Source: Solibaculum intestinale | GTDB lineage: Bacteria > Bacillota > Clostridia > Oscillospirales > Acutalibacteraceae | Assembly (NCBI RefSeq): GCF_040096205.1 | Contig: NZ_JBBMFD010000014.1 | Coordinates: 4,579 to 68,578, forward strand | DNA length: 64,000 nucleotides | Direction of reading: 5' to 3' | Position numbers and translations under genes: made by a program | In this document: one piece after another, positions 9,252 through 18,383 of the stretch | Position numbering within the stretch: the stretch's first letter is position 1 | Layout: each line of letters opens with the position of its first letter | The notes under the pieces: model-generated | Told to the model about the DNA's origin: nothing | The model's database searches: none | Seen by the model: only the letters and a program-made list of their open reading frames with translations

Positions 9252-10909
9252 CCTTTTCTTACCCAAACCGAAAAACGCCCGCCCTTCGCGGCGTAACTCT
9301 TTCGGTCAAGGAAGGGGAGCTTGCGGTCTTATGCGGCAAGTCCGGCTGCGGGAAAACCACGCTTCTTCGGCAGTGCAAACCCGCCTTGGCCCCCCATGGG
9401 GAGAAAAGCGGGGAAATTCGCCTGTTCGGCCAGCCCATCGCCGCCCTTTCCCCCCGGGACCAGGCGGCGAAAATCGGTTTTGTCCTGCAAAACCCGGACA
9501 ACCAGCTGGTGACCGATAAGGTCTGGCACGAGCTGGCCTTCGGCCTGGAAAGCCTGGGAGTGGAAAACGCCGCCATCCGCCTGAGGGTGGCGGAGATGGC
9601 CAGCTTCTTCGGCATCGGCCCCTGGTTTCATAAGAACGTGGCTGACCTGTCCGGCGGGCAAAAACAGCTGTTGAACCTGGCCTCCATCATGGCCATGCAG
9701 CCTCGCCTTCTCCTGCTCGACGAGCCCACCTCCCAGCTTGACCCCATCGCCGCGGCGGAGTTTTTGCAGACGGTGCGAAAAATCAACCGGGAGCTGGGAG
9801 TGACGGTTCTTTTGACCGAGCACCGGCTGGAGGAAGCCGTCCCCATGGCCGACCGGGTGGTGGTTCTGGACGAGGGCCGTATCCTGGTGGACGCGCCGCC
9901 CAAGGAAGCGGGGGAGAGGCTCAAGGCCCTTGACCACCACATGTTCGCGTCTATGCCCGCCCCCATGCAGATTTACGCTGCCTTGGACGCGCCGCCCCCA
10001 TGCCCGCTGACTGTGCGGGAAGGGCGGCAGTTTTTGTCTAACCTGTTTCGGGAGAACCCGCCTAAGGTCAAGGCGCTGCCGGACAGCCCTGCGCCGAAGG
10101 GGAAAGGCGAGCCCGCTCTGGAACTGAAAGACGTGTGGTTTCGCTACGAGAAAACCGGCCCCGACGTCATCAAGGACCTGTCCCTGACGGTGGACAAGGG
10201 GAGCATTTTCGCCGTGATGGGGCAGAACGGGGCGGGAAAGACCACCCTGCTCACCCTGCTCACCGGTCAAAACCGCCCTCTGCGCGGCAAGGTGCGCATT
10301 CGGGGAAAGGAGATCGGAAAATATAAGGCCGGGGAGCTTTTCGACCGATGTCTTGCCATGCTGCCGCAGAACCCCCAGGCCCTCTTTGTCAAAAAGACCA
10401 TCCGGGAGGACCTGATGGAGATGCTGCAGGGGTGCGGCCGCCAGTCGGCGGACGCCCGGCTGATAGAGACGGCGAAGCTGGCCCAAATTGAGGACCTGCT
10501 CGACGCCCATCCCTACGACGTCAGCGGCGGCGAGCAGCAGCGGGCGGCTTTGGCCAAGGCATTGCTCTTAGAGCCGCGGATTCTGCTGCTGGACGAACCC
10601 ACCAAAGGACTCGACAACCACTATAAGGAGATCCTCAGCGGTATCTTAACCCGCCTTTGCGGCCAGGGGGTCACAGTGCTGCTCGTTTCCCACGACATTG
10701 AGTTTTGCGCCAAGTACGCCCACCGGTGCGCCCTTTTCTTCGACGGGTCCATCGTCTCCCAGGGAGAGCCCAAGGCCTTCTTCTCCGGCAACCGGTTCTA
10801 TACCACCGCCGCCAACCGGATGGCCCGCCATCTGTTTGCGGACGCGGTGACCAACGAGGAGGTGATTGCCCTATGCCGCGAAAACGGCGTTTCCCCGTCA
10901 AGACCTTGA
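9224..10909 (+). CDS. ecfA: ECF transporter fused double ATPase (EcfA-EcfA')
   Basis: Two complete ABC cassettes: Walker A GKSGCGKTT and GQNGAGKTT, signatures LSGGQKQ and VSGGEQQ, Walker B LLLDEPTS and LLLDEPTKG. Start at MAAVALENL after GGAAAGGAGG. Confidence 0.9.
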   Translation: MAAVALENLTFSYPNRKTPALRGVTLSVKEGELAVLCGKSGCGKTTLLRQCKPALAPHGEKSGEIRLFGQPIAALSPRDQAAKIGFVLQNPDNQLVTDKVWHELAFGLESLGVENAAIRLRVAEMASFFGIGPWFHKNVADLSGGQKQLLNLASIMAMQPRLLLLDEPTSQLDPIAAAEFLQTVRKINRELGVTVLLTEHRLEEAVPMADRVVVLDEGRILVDAPPKEAGERLKALDHHMFASMPAPMQIYAALDAPPPCPLTVREGRQFLSNLFRENPPKVKALPDSPAPKGKGEPALELKDVWFRYEKTGPDVIKDLSLTVDKGSIFAVMGQNGAGKTTLLTLLTGQNRPLRGKVRIRGKEIGKYKAGELFDRCLAMLPQNPQALFVKKTIREDLMEMLQGCGRQSADARLIETAKLAQIEDLLDAHPYDVSGGEQQRAALAKALLLEPRILLLDEPTKGLDNHYKEILSGILTRLCGQGVTVLLVSHDIEFCAKYAHRCALFFDGSIVSQGEPKAFFSGNRFYTTAANRMARHLFADAVTNEEVIALCRENGVSPSRP

Positions 10910-11592
10910 TTTCTCTATTCCTGGTTCTGGTGCTGGTTCCCGCCACCATCCTGCTTGGCGTCTTCGTCCTGCACGACCGGGCCTATTACTTTATCAGCCT
11001 TCTGCTGATTGTCTACACCATGGTTCCCTTTTTCCTTCTTTTTGAGAAGCGAAAGCCCCAGGCCAGGGAGCTGGTGGTGATCGCCGTGCTCTGCGCCATC
11101 GCGGTGGCGGGCCGGGCGGCCTTCTTCATGCTTCCGCAAGTCAAGCCTATGATGGCCGTCGTCATTCTTGCGGGGGTGGCGCTTGGGCCCCAGGCGGGAT
11201 TTCTGACCGGCGCGGTCTCCGCCTTTGTGTCCAACTTTTTCTTCGGCCAAGGCCCCTGGACTCCGTGGCAAATGTTCTGCTTTGGCATCGTGGGCTTTTT
11301 GGCGGGCCTCCTCTTCCGGGAAGGAAGGCTCAAACCCGGGCGCATCTCCCTATGCGTCTTCGGCGGGCTTTGCACCCTTGTGATTTACGGCGGCATCATG
11401 AACCCGGCTTCCGTGCTTTTGGGCTCATCCAAGCTCACCTGGGGGGCGGTGCTCACCTCTTACCTGACCGGCCTGCCCATGGACCTGATCCATGCGGCTT
11501 CCACCGTGGTGTTTTTGCTGGTCCTTTCGAAGCCCATGCTGGAGAAGCTTTCGCGGATTCAGATCAAATACGGCCTTTTGCGGGATTCTTAA
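10873..11592 (+). CDS. ECF transporter substrate-specific (S) component, candidate cobalamin-specific (CbrT-like)
   Basis: 239-aa protein with 6-7 predicted TM helices, last gene of the B12-riboswitch operon. Overlaps the ecfA end by 37 nt. Family assignment rests on context and topology only. Confidence 0.6.
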   Translation: MPRKRRFPVKTLISLFLVLVLVPATILLGVFVLHDRAYYFISLLLIVYTMVPFFLLFEKRKPQARELVVIAVLCAIAVAGRAAFFMLPQVKPMMAVVILAGVALGPQAGFLTGAVSAFVSNFFFGQGPWTPWQMFCFGIVGFLAGLLFREGRLKPGRISLCVFGGLCTLVIYGGIMNPASVLLGSSKLTWGAVLTSYLTGLPMDLIHAASTVVFLLVLSKPMLEKLSRIQIKYGLLRDS

Positions 11593-11593
11593 A

Positions 11594-11620
11594 AAAGCGG
11601 ACGTTTCGTCCGCTTTTTCC
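11594..11620 (+). terminator. Intrinsic terminator (GCGGACG-TTTC-CGTCCGC + TTTTT)
   Basis: Hairpin plus U-tract directly after the S-component stop codon. Confidence 0.7.
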
Positions 11621-11638
11621 TTTGTTTGGGCCCTTCGG

Positions 11639-11666
11639 TTGAATTTCAGAAAGAATCTGGTATAAT
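11639..11666 (+). promoter_or_regulatory. Promoter for metG (TTGAAT-16-TGgTATAAT, extended -10)
   Basis: Hexamers read in sequence, about 45 nt upstream of the metG ATG. Confidence 0.5.
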
Positions 11667-11711
11667 AATTCTTTATAGACGTCATATCCAAAACTGCGAG
11701 GAGGAACCATT

Positions 11712-13682
11712 ATGAGCAAAACCTTTTACATCACGACGCCAATCTACTACCCGTCCGACAAGCTGCACATCGGGCACGCCTATTGCACCGTTGCGGCCGA
11801 TACCATGGCGCGGTATAAGCGAATGCAGGGATATGACGTGATGTTTTTGACCGGCACCGACGAGCACGGCCAGAAAATTGAGGACAAGGCGAAGGCCAAA
11901 GGGGTCACGCCCAAGCAGTATGTGGACGACATTGTCGACGGCATCCTCAAGCTGTGGAAACTGCTCAACATCTCCAACGACAAGTTCATCCGCACCACCG
12001 ACGGTTATCACGAGGAAGCGGTCAAGAAGATTTTCAAGCAGCTCTACGACCAGGGGGACATCTACAAAGGGCATTACGAAGGGTGGTACTGCACTCCCTG
12101 CGAATCCTTCTGGACCGAAACCCAGTTAAAGGACGGCAAGTGTCCCGACTGCGGCCGGGAGGTCAAGCGGTCGGAGGAGGAAGCGTATTTCTTTAAGCTC
12201 TCCGCCTATGCCGACAAGCTGGTGGAGTATTATAAGGACCATCCGGATTTTGTCGAGCCCCAGTCCAGGCTCAACGAAATGATCAACAACTTCATTAAGC
12301 CCGGCCTGGAGGACTTGTGCGTTTCCCGCACCTCTTTCACCTGGGGCATTCCCGTGGACTTTGACCCGAAGCACGTGGTTTACGTGTGGATCGACGCGTT
12401 GAGCAACTACATCACCGCTCTGGGCTACGGCTCCGGCGACGATTCTCTCTATCGGAAATACTGGCCCGCCGACGTGCACCTGGTAGGCAAGGAAATCGTA
12501 CGGTTTCACACCATCATCTGGCCCGCCATGCTTATGGCGCTCAACCTTCCGCTGCCTAAGAAGGTGTTCGGCCACGGCTGGCTGGTCATCGGCGGGGGCA
12601 AGATGAGCAAGTCCAAGGGGAATGTGGTGGACCCTGTGGTCCTGTGCGAGCGGTACGGGGTGGACGCCATCCGCTATTTCCTTTTGCGGGAAATCCCCTT
12701 CGGGTCGGACGGCAACTTTACCAACGAAGCCCTGGTCAGCCGCATCAATTCCGACTTGGCCAACGACCTTGGAAACCTGGTATCCCGCACCCAGGCGATG
12801 ATCGAAAAGTATTTTGCCGGGACGCTTCCCACAGAGCGGGAGGCCCAGCCCATTGACGAGGACCTGATTTCCCTTGCCAAGGCCACCAAGGAAAACGCGG
12901 AGAAATATCTGGACAACATGCAGTTCTCCAGTGCCCTTGCGGAAATATGGAAGCTGATTTCGAGAACCAATAAGTACATCGACGAGACCATGCCCTGGGC
13001 CTTGGCCAAGGACGAGGCGAAAACGCCCCGCCTGGCTACGGTGCTCTATAATCTGGCGGAATGCATCCGCATCAGCGCCATCCTCATTGCCCCGTTTATG
13101 CCTTCCACCACGCCGGTGATTTTGGAAGGCCTGGGCCTGTCGGGGGCGGACGCCAAGTGGCAGGAGACAGCCGTATGGGGCTTGCTGCCGGAGGATTTGA
13201 CGGTGAAGAAGGGTGCCGCCCTTTTCCCCCGCATTGATATGAAAAAAGAGCTTGCGGAATTGGAAAAGCTCACGGGCCTGGACGCCGCCGGCCACACGGT
13301 GGAAAAGAAAGCGGAGAAGGCCCCGAAACAGGAAGAAAAGCCCCAAGGGATCGCCACGCTCATCGGCATTGAGGACTTTGCGAAGGTCGAGCTGCGCGCG
13401 GCGAAAATTAAGCTTTGCGAACCGGTCAAAAAGTCCGACAAGCTTCTGCGTCTGGAGCTCGACGACGGGGAAGGCATCCGGCAGGTGGTTTCCGGCATCG
13501 CCAAATGGTACCGGCCCGATGATCTGGTGGGCAAGACCGTCATCCTGGTGGCGAACTTAAAACCCGCCAAGCTGCGCGGCGTGGAAAGCTGCGGTATGAT
13601 TTTGGCGGCAGATGCGGCTGAGGACGATGTACGGGTGGTCTTTTTGGACGATGCGGTGCCCGCAGGCGCCAAAATCCGGTAA
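11712..13682 (+). CDS. metG: Methionyl-tRNA synthetase with C-terminal tRNA-binding (EMAP-like) domain
   Basis: HIGH motif (LHIGHAYC), zinc knuckle (CTPCESFWTE…CPDCGREV), KMSKS (GKMSKSKGN), C-terminal OB-fold. Confidence 0.95.
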   Translation: MSKTFYITTPIYYPSDKLHIGHAYCTVAADTMARYKRMQGYDVMFLTGTDEHGQKIEDKAKAKGVTPKQYVDDIVDGILKLWKLLNISNDKFIRTTDGYHEEAVKKIFKQLYDQGDIYKGHYEGWYCTPCESFWTETQLKDGKCPDCGREVKRSEEEAYFFKLSAYADKLVEYYKDHPDFVEPQSRLNEMINNFIKPGLEDLCVSRTSFTWGIPVDFDPKHVVYVWIDALSNYITALGYGSGDDSLYRKYWPADVHLVGKEIVRFHTIIWPAMLMALNLPLPKKVFGHGWLVIGGGKMSKSKGNVVDPVVLCERYGVDAIRYFLLREIPFGSDGNFTNEALVSRINSDLANDLGNLVSRTQAMIEKYFAGTLPTEREAQPIDEDLISLAKATKENAEKYLDNMQFSSALAEIWKLISRTNKYIDETMPWALAKDEAKTPRLATVLYNLAECIRISAILIAPFMPSTTPVILEGLGLSGADAKWQETAVWGLLPEDLTVKKGAALFPRIDMKKELAELEKLTGLDAAGHTVEKKAEKAPKQEEKPQGIATLIGIEDFAKVELRAAKIKLCEPVKKSDKLLRLELDDGEGIRQVVSGIAKWYRPDDLVGKTVILVANLKPAKLRGVESCGMILAADAAEDDVRVVFLDDAVPAGAKIR

Positions 13683-13857
13683 GAGAAAACCGGGTTTGCA
13701 GATGAGGAAAGCCGGTAAAAGCAAGAGCGTTTTTGCGTCTGCCCCAGCCTGCTTATTTTGAACCAATTTCGAACCGGGAAAGCCGAAGAAATGAAAAACG
13801 GCGGGAAAGCAATTTGCTTTCCCGCCCTGTTGTCATCAAACCCAAAGGAGGGTTCCT

Positions 13858-14664
13858 ATGTATGGCATTTTTGATTCCCACGCCCATTATGACGATGAGG
13901 CCTTCCGGGAGGACCGGGATGCTCTGCTGCAGAGCCTGCCAAAGCAGGGCATCTGCGGAGTAATCAACTGCGCGTCCGACCTGCCTACCGCCCTAGAAAG
14001 CATCGCGCTTGCGCAGAAGTATCCTTTTGTGTTTGCCGCAGCGGGCATTCATCCCCACGAGGCGGCAAAGGCCCCGGCGGACTGGTACGAGCAGCTTTGT
14101 GCCCTGATCGAAAATCCCAAGGTGGTGGCCGTGGGCGAAATCGGCCTTGACTATCACTATGACTTTTCTCCAAGAGACCTGCAAAAGCAGCTGCTGATCA
14201 AGCAGCTTGCCCTTGCTAAGGACTGCGGCCTCCCAGTGATTTTACACGACCGGGAAGCCCATGGGGACATGATGGAAATTTTGCGAAAAGCCCGTCCCAA
14301 GGGCGTGATGCACTGCTTTTCCGGCAGCGTGGAACTGATGAGGGAAACAGTGGCGTTGGGTATGTACATCGGTCTTGGCGGCGCTGTCACCTTCAAAAAT
14401 GCCCGGGTGCCGGTGGAGGTGGCCAGGGAAGTGCCTCTCGACCGGCTCCTTCTGGAAACCGACTGCCCGTATATGACGCCGGTCCCTTTCCGCGGCAAAC
14501 GAAACGATTCCACGTTCATCCCGCTTACGGCGCAGAAAATTGCGGCAGAGCGGGGAATGGACGCGCAGACGCTTGTGGACCAGTGCCGGAAAAACACCTG
14601 CGCGCTTTTTGATATCCCGGAATCCTCGTTACTTTACATGACAGAGAGTGAGAGACAGTTATGA
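13858..14664 (+). CDS. TatD-family metal-dependent DNase/hydrolase
   Basis: MYGIFDSHAHYDD…GEIGLDYHY…HCFSGS motifs of the TatD/YabD family. Confidence 0.9.
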   Translation: MYGIFDSHAHYDDEAFREDRDALLQSLPKQGICGVINCASDLPTALESIALAQKYPFVFAAAGIHPHEAAKAPADWYEQLCALIENPKVVAVGEIGLDYHYDFSPRDLQKQLLIKQLALAKDCGLPVILHDREAHGDMMEILRKARPKGVMHCFSGSVELMRETVALGMYIGLGGAVTFKNARVPVEVAREVPLDRLLLETDCPYMTPVPFRGKRNDSTFIPLTAQKIAAERGMDAQTLVDQCRKNTCALFDIPESSLLYMTESERQL

Positions 14665-15263
14665 CCATTACCTATGAAGTGGGCAATTCCCTGTACGTGA
14701 ACATCACCAACCGCTGCCCCAATGCCTGTGAGTTCTGCGTGCGCACTCACGGCTCCAGCTACGGCACTGCCGAGAGCCTGTGGCTCGATCGGGAGCCGAG
14801 TGTTCAGGAAATCATCGAGGACATTGAGAAGCGGGATTTGAGCCGGTACAAGGAACTGGTGTTCTGCGGGTACGGCGAGCCTCTCGAGCGAATCGACGAG
14901 CTGTGTGCAGTCAGCCGTGCGCTCAAGGAGCGGCATCCGTCGCTTAAAATCCGCGTCAATACCAACGGCCTGTCCGACTTGATTCACGGGCGAAAAACGG
15001 CGCCACAGCTAAAGGGTCTGGTGGACGTACTTTCCATCAGCCTCAACAGCGCCACTCCCGAGGATTACGACCGGATTTGCCACCCGAAGTTCGGCCTCAA
15101 AGCCCATCCGGCTCTTTTGCAGTTTGCAAAGGAAGCAAAAGCGTATGTGCCGCGGGTGGTGCTCTCGGTGGTGGACACCATCGGCAAAGAGGAAATCGAG
15201 AAATGCCGGGTCCTGGCAGAGACGGCGGGAACCGAGTTTCGAGTGCGAAAATACATTCCGTGA
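14661..15263 (+). CDS. TatD-associated radical SAM protein
   Basis: CxxxCxxC radical SAM triad (NRCPNACEFC). Start overlaps the tatD stop (ATGA). Known conserved gene pair (TIGR04038-type). Confidence 0.8.
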   Translation: MTITYEVGNSLYVNITNRCPNACEFCVRTHGSSYGTAESLWLDREPSVQEIIEDIEKRDLSRYKELVFCGYGEPLERIDELCAVSRALKERHPSLKIRVNTNGLSDLIHGRKTAPQLKGLVDVLSISLNSATPEDYDRICHPKFGLKAHPALLQFAKEAKAYVPRVVLSVVDTIGKEEIEKCRVLAETAGTEFRVRKYIP

Positions 15264-15484
15264 CAAGAGATACATATCCGCTGGCCTTAAAATGGCGATA
15301 CCGCAGGCTGGCAAGGCAGTTACAGCCGCCTCGCCAAAGCGGGGCCAACCGGGACTTCCGATTGCCGCGAGGACAGGCTGGAATACTTGCGAAACGGCGC
15401 AGGCTTTTGCATAGGAAGGCTTTCTTTCCCTGCCTGCCGTTGTGCGCCGCTCGTATCGGGTGCGCAAAGAAAATAAAAGAAAAA

Positions 15485-15514
15485 CCGGGTCCATTTCGGA
15501 CCCGGTTTTTCTTT
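15485..15514 (+). terminator. Intrinsic terminator (CCGGGTCC-ATTTC-GGACCCGG + T-run)
   Basis: Perfect 8-bp stem and U-tract, about 220 nt downstream of the radical SAM gene. Confidence 0.65.
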
Positions 15515-15693
15515 CTTTAGCTTGAGGGGTGCTTTGAGGAGGGTATATGTACCCACGCGAACGGTGCGGCTCCGTTTCTCTTCGGGGTACATTTAGATTA
15601 TAATCAGGTTCTTTTGCCGAGATATGAAATCGATATGAATAATCTTAAAACAATATATGGCAGTGCATTTTGTGAAAAATATTCATACAAAAG

Positions 15694-15707
15694 GAACGTT
15701 TGTTTGC
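15694..15707 (+). promoter_or_regulatory. Candidate LexA (Cheo-like) box GAACGTTTGTTTGC
   Basis: One mismatch to GAAC-N4-GTTC. Overlaps the -35 of the proposed lexA promoter. Confidence 0.45.
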
Positions 15708-15732
15708 AATTTTCAAATTTGTATGGTAGAAT
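15704..15732 (+). promoter_or_regulatory. Candidate lexA promoter (TTGCAA-17-TAGAAT)
   Basis: Hexamers read in sequence, about 95 nt upstream of lexA. Confidence 0.4.
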
Positions 15733-15827
15733 AAAACCGGTAAAACCAGCGTGTCATCGCAAAGCTGTTCGGCAGGGGGATGGCCCTCATGCTGGGTGGG
15801 ATTGCGGGATGATAGGAGGAGCAGGCG

Positions 15828-16421
15828 ATGAAGGAAATCAGCGAGGCCCAGGCGAGGATTTATAATTTTCTCCGCGAGCGTATCCAGACGGACGGGGTTC
15901 CCCCTTCCGTGCGGGAAATCTGTACGGCCACCGGCATCCGCTCCACGTCTACGGTGCATTACCACCTTAAGGCGTTGGAGAACGCCGGGTACATCAGCCG
16001 GGACGAGGGGCTCAATCGTTCCATCCGCATTGTTGGGGAAAGCGCCCGGTTTATCCCGGTCCTCGGTCGGGTTACTGCCGGCCAGCCGATTCTGGCGGTG
16101 GAGAATGTGGAAGATTATTTGCCCTTTACCAGCCGCCTCAAGCGAGCGAGTGAGCTGTTCGCCCTGCGGGTCATGGGAGAAAGCATGATCGGCGCCGGGA
16201 TTTTGGATGGGGACATCATCGTGGTGGAGCGCACCCCTACCGCCAAGAACGGCGAGATCGTGGTGGTTCTTATTGACGACGAGGCCACCTGCAAGCGGTT
16301 CTACAAGGAAAACGGGCACTACCGCCTTCAGCCGGAGAACCCTGCCATGGAGCCCATTATTACCGACCATGTGGCGATTCTGGGAAAGGTCGTCTCCTGC
16401 ATCCGGTATTACGAGCCGTAA
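15828..16421 (+). CDS. lexA: LexA repressor
   Basis: N-terminal winged HTH. Cleavage-site region and Ser/Lys dyad (GESMIGAGI…CKRF). RBS GGAGGAG. Confidence 0.95.
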   Translation: MKEISEAQARIYNFLRERIQTDGVPPSVREICTATGIRSTSTVHYHLKALENAGYISRDEGLNRSIRIVGESARFIPVLGRVTAGQPILAVENVEDYLPFTSRLKRASELFALRVMGESMIGAGILDGDIIVVERTPTAKNGEIVVVLIDDEATCKRFYKENGHYRLQPENPAMEPIITDHVAILGKVVSCIRYYEP

Positions 16422-16531
16422 TCCAAAAAAGAGAAAACGCATCCGTCTGCAGCATTTGCGGCCGGGTGCGTTTTGTCGTGTTGTCCGTGCCGTCAAGGGA
16501 TGGGCGCGGAAACGGCGGTTTGATGGCGGAT

Positions 16532-16699
16532 TTATTTGTGGTTGCTGTCTACCCAGTTTTTGTTCTGAATCACGTGGTCCTCATTTGGAATGGCCATGTT
16601 GGTTTCCTCATCGCGGGAATCGGGATGGGTGATGGCCTGGTAATAGAAAGCGCCGGTCAGCTTTTCCGGCTTTGCGGATTTTTTCGGGTCTTTTTTCAT
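16532..16699 (-). CDS. Small hypothetical protein (55 aa, below the ORF-track size cutoff)
   Basis: Translation MKKDPKKSAKPEKLTGAFYYQAITHPDSRDEETNMAIPNEDHVIQNKNWVDSNHK. Strong SD (GGAAAGGAGGTG, 8-nt spacer). Lies in the lexA-glnA intergenic region; the longer overlapping track ORFs lack RBSs. Confidence 0.4.
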   Translation of the reverse strand: MKKDPKKSAKPEKLTGAFYYQAITHPDSRDEETNMAIPNEDHVIQNKNWVDSNHK

Positions 16700-16821
16700 C
16701 CGTGACACACCTCCTTTCCTTAATGTGTACGTGTGCCATCTTCTTTATACGCCCCATTTCGTCAGCGGATTTTACCAATCCTTCCAGGGTGAATCGGTCT
16801 TCTTTGGGGCAAAATAAGAGC

Positions 16822-16850
16822 TTGAACGGCAGCCGGATCAATGCTATAAT
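16822..16850 (+). promoter_or_regulatory. glnA promoter (TTGAAC-17-TATAAT)
   Basis: Hexamers read in sequence, about 105 nt upstream of the glnA start. Confidence 0.5.
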
Positions 16851-16954
16851 GTGTAACAATGCAAAAGGCGCCGGACACGGTACGAGCAAAGGCCTGACGG
16901 CGGTGTTTTCAGGAGGAGCGGATCCTCTTGCAAGGAAAAAAAGGAGGCCAAACT

Positions 16955-18286
16955 GTGATCAAATACACCAGGGAAGACATCATGCGTATCTGCACGGAGG
17001 AAAAAATCCGTTTCATCCGCCTGCAGTTTACCGACATTACCGGTTCGCTGAAAAATATTGCGATTACCACAAGCCAGCTGGAAAAAGCGCTGGACAACAA
17101 ATGCATGTTTGACGGTTCGTCCATCGAAGGCTTCGTGCGCATCGAGGAATCCGATATGTACCTGGTGCCGGACCTGGACAGCTTTGTGATCTTCCCGTGG
17201 ATGGATGCGCCGGGCCGCACCGCCCGCCTCATCTGCGACGTGTACCGTCCCGACGGGAAGCCCTTTGCCGGCGACCCGAGAAGCGTGCTGCGCTCGGTGC
17301 TCGATCGGGCGGCTAAGATGGGCTACACGTTCAATGTTGGCCCGGAATGTGAATTTTTCCTTTTTAAAACCGATGAGGACGGCCAGCCCACCACCGACAC
17401 CAACGACAAAGGCGGTTATTTTGAATTAGGCCCCATCGACCTGGGGGAATACGCCCGGCGGGACATTTGCCTGGTTCTGGAGGACATGGGCTTTGAAATC
17501 GAAGCCTCCCATCACGAGGTGGCCAACGGCCAGCACGAAATCGACTTCAAGTACGACCACGCCCTGCGCGCGGCGGACGATATCATGACCTTTAAGCTGG
17601 TGGTCAAGTCGGTGGCCATGCAGCACAAGCTGCACGCCACCTTTATGCCCAAGCCCCTCTTTGGCGAGGCGGGCTCCGGGATGCACATCAACATGTCCCT
17701 GCAAAAGGACGGCAGGAACGTCTTTGACGATCCCAACGGGGAAAACGGCCTGAGCAAGGAAGCCTACGGCTTTATCGCCGGCCTGATGGAACACATCACC
17801 GGCATGACCGCGGTCACCAATCCCTTGGTCAACTCATATAAGCGGCTGGTACCCGGTTTTGAAGCGCCGGTTTATATTGCCTGGTCCGCTTCCAACCGCA
17901 GCCCACTCATTCGCATTCCCGCCTCCCGCGGCATAGGAACCCGTATTGAGCTTCGCAATCCCGACCCGGCGGCAAACCCCTATCTGGTGCTGGCTTTGTG
18001 CCTGGCGGCGGGTCTCGACGGCATAGAACGGGGACTCACGCCTCCTCCTGCCATTGACGGGAACATTTTCCTCATGAGCAAGAAGGAGCTGGAGGAAAAG
18101 AATGTTCGCAGCCTGCCCGATTCCCTCAAGCATGCCATCCGGGATATGACTCAGGATCAGCTGGTACGGGATACTCTGGGCGAGCATATCTACAACAAGT
18201 ACGTGGAGCATAAGCTGCACGAATGGTACGAGTACACCACCCGGGTCACTCCGTGGGAGCTGGACCGCTATCTGGTGCGCTATTGA
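16955..18286 (+). CDS. glnA: Glutamine synthetase type I
   Basis: GS catalytic motifs throughout (…FDGSSIEGF…, [26 protein letters not shown]). Start GTG 16955 after AAAGGAGG; the track ATG at 16928 has no RBS. Confidence 0.93.
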   Translation: MIKYTREDIMRICTEEKIRFIRLQFTDITGSLKNIAITTSQLEKALDNKCMFDGSSIEGFVRIEESDMYLVPDLDSFVIFPWMDAPGRTARLICDVYRPDGKPFAGDPRSVLRSVLDRAAKMGYTFNVGPECEFFLFKTDEDGQPTTDTNDKGGYFELGPIDLGEYARRDICLVLEDMGFEIEASHHEVANGQHEIDFKYDHALRAADDIMTFKLVVKSVAMQHKLHATFMPKPLFGEAGSGMHINMSLQKDGRNVFDDPNGENGLSKEAYGFIAGLMEHITGMTAVTNPLVNSYKRLVPGFEAPVYIAWSASNRSPLIRIPASRGIGTRIELRNPDPAANPYLVLALCLAAGLDGIERGLTPPPAIDGNIFLMSKKELEEKNVRSLPDSLKHAIRDMTQDQLVRDTLGEHIYNKYVEHKLHEWYEYTTRVTPWELDRYLVRY

Positions 18287-18299
18287 TTTTATAAAGAAA

Positions 18300-18330
18300 G
18301 GCCCCGGCGTCAATGCCGGGGCCTTTTTCT
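18300..18330 (+). terminator. Intrinsic terminator (GGCCCCGGC-GTCAAT-GCCGGGGCC + TTTTT)
   Basis: Perfect 9-bp GC stem and U-tract after glnA. Confidence 0.75.
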
Positions 18331-18383
18331 GTATAAATACGAAGGCTCATTTATATGAAAGCAATGAAAGCTGAAACACGCCG

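Noticed and set aside
9329-10510. 393-aa minus-strand ORF across the ecfA gene
   Set aside because: Antisense to a double ABC ATPase with all Walker/signature motifs. Arg/Gly/Leu-rich translation.
12126-13346. 406-aa minus-strand ORF inside metG
   Set aside because: Antisense to MetRS. No motifs or RBS.
15645-16496. 283-aa minus-strand ORF covering lexA
   Set aside because: Antisense to lexA, which has full domain support.
16466-16889. Track ORFs 16466-16705 (+) and 16608-16889 (-) in the lexA-glnA gap
   Set aside because: Neither has an SD. The 93-aa ORF spans the glnA promoter. A 55-aa ORF with a strong SD in a third frame is preferred.
16860-16915. Possible attenuator hairpin plus TTTT in the glnA leader
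   Set aside because: The stem GCGCCG/CGGCGG is imperfect and short. No GlnR (TGTNA-N7-TNACA) or T-box elements were seen, so the evidence is too weak.
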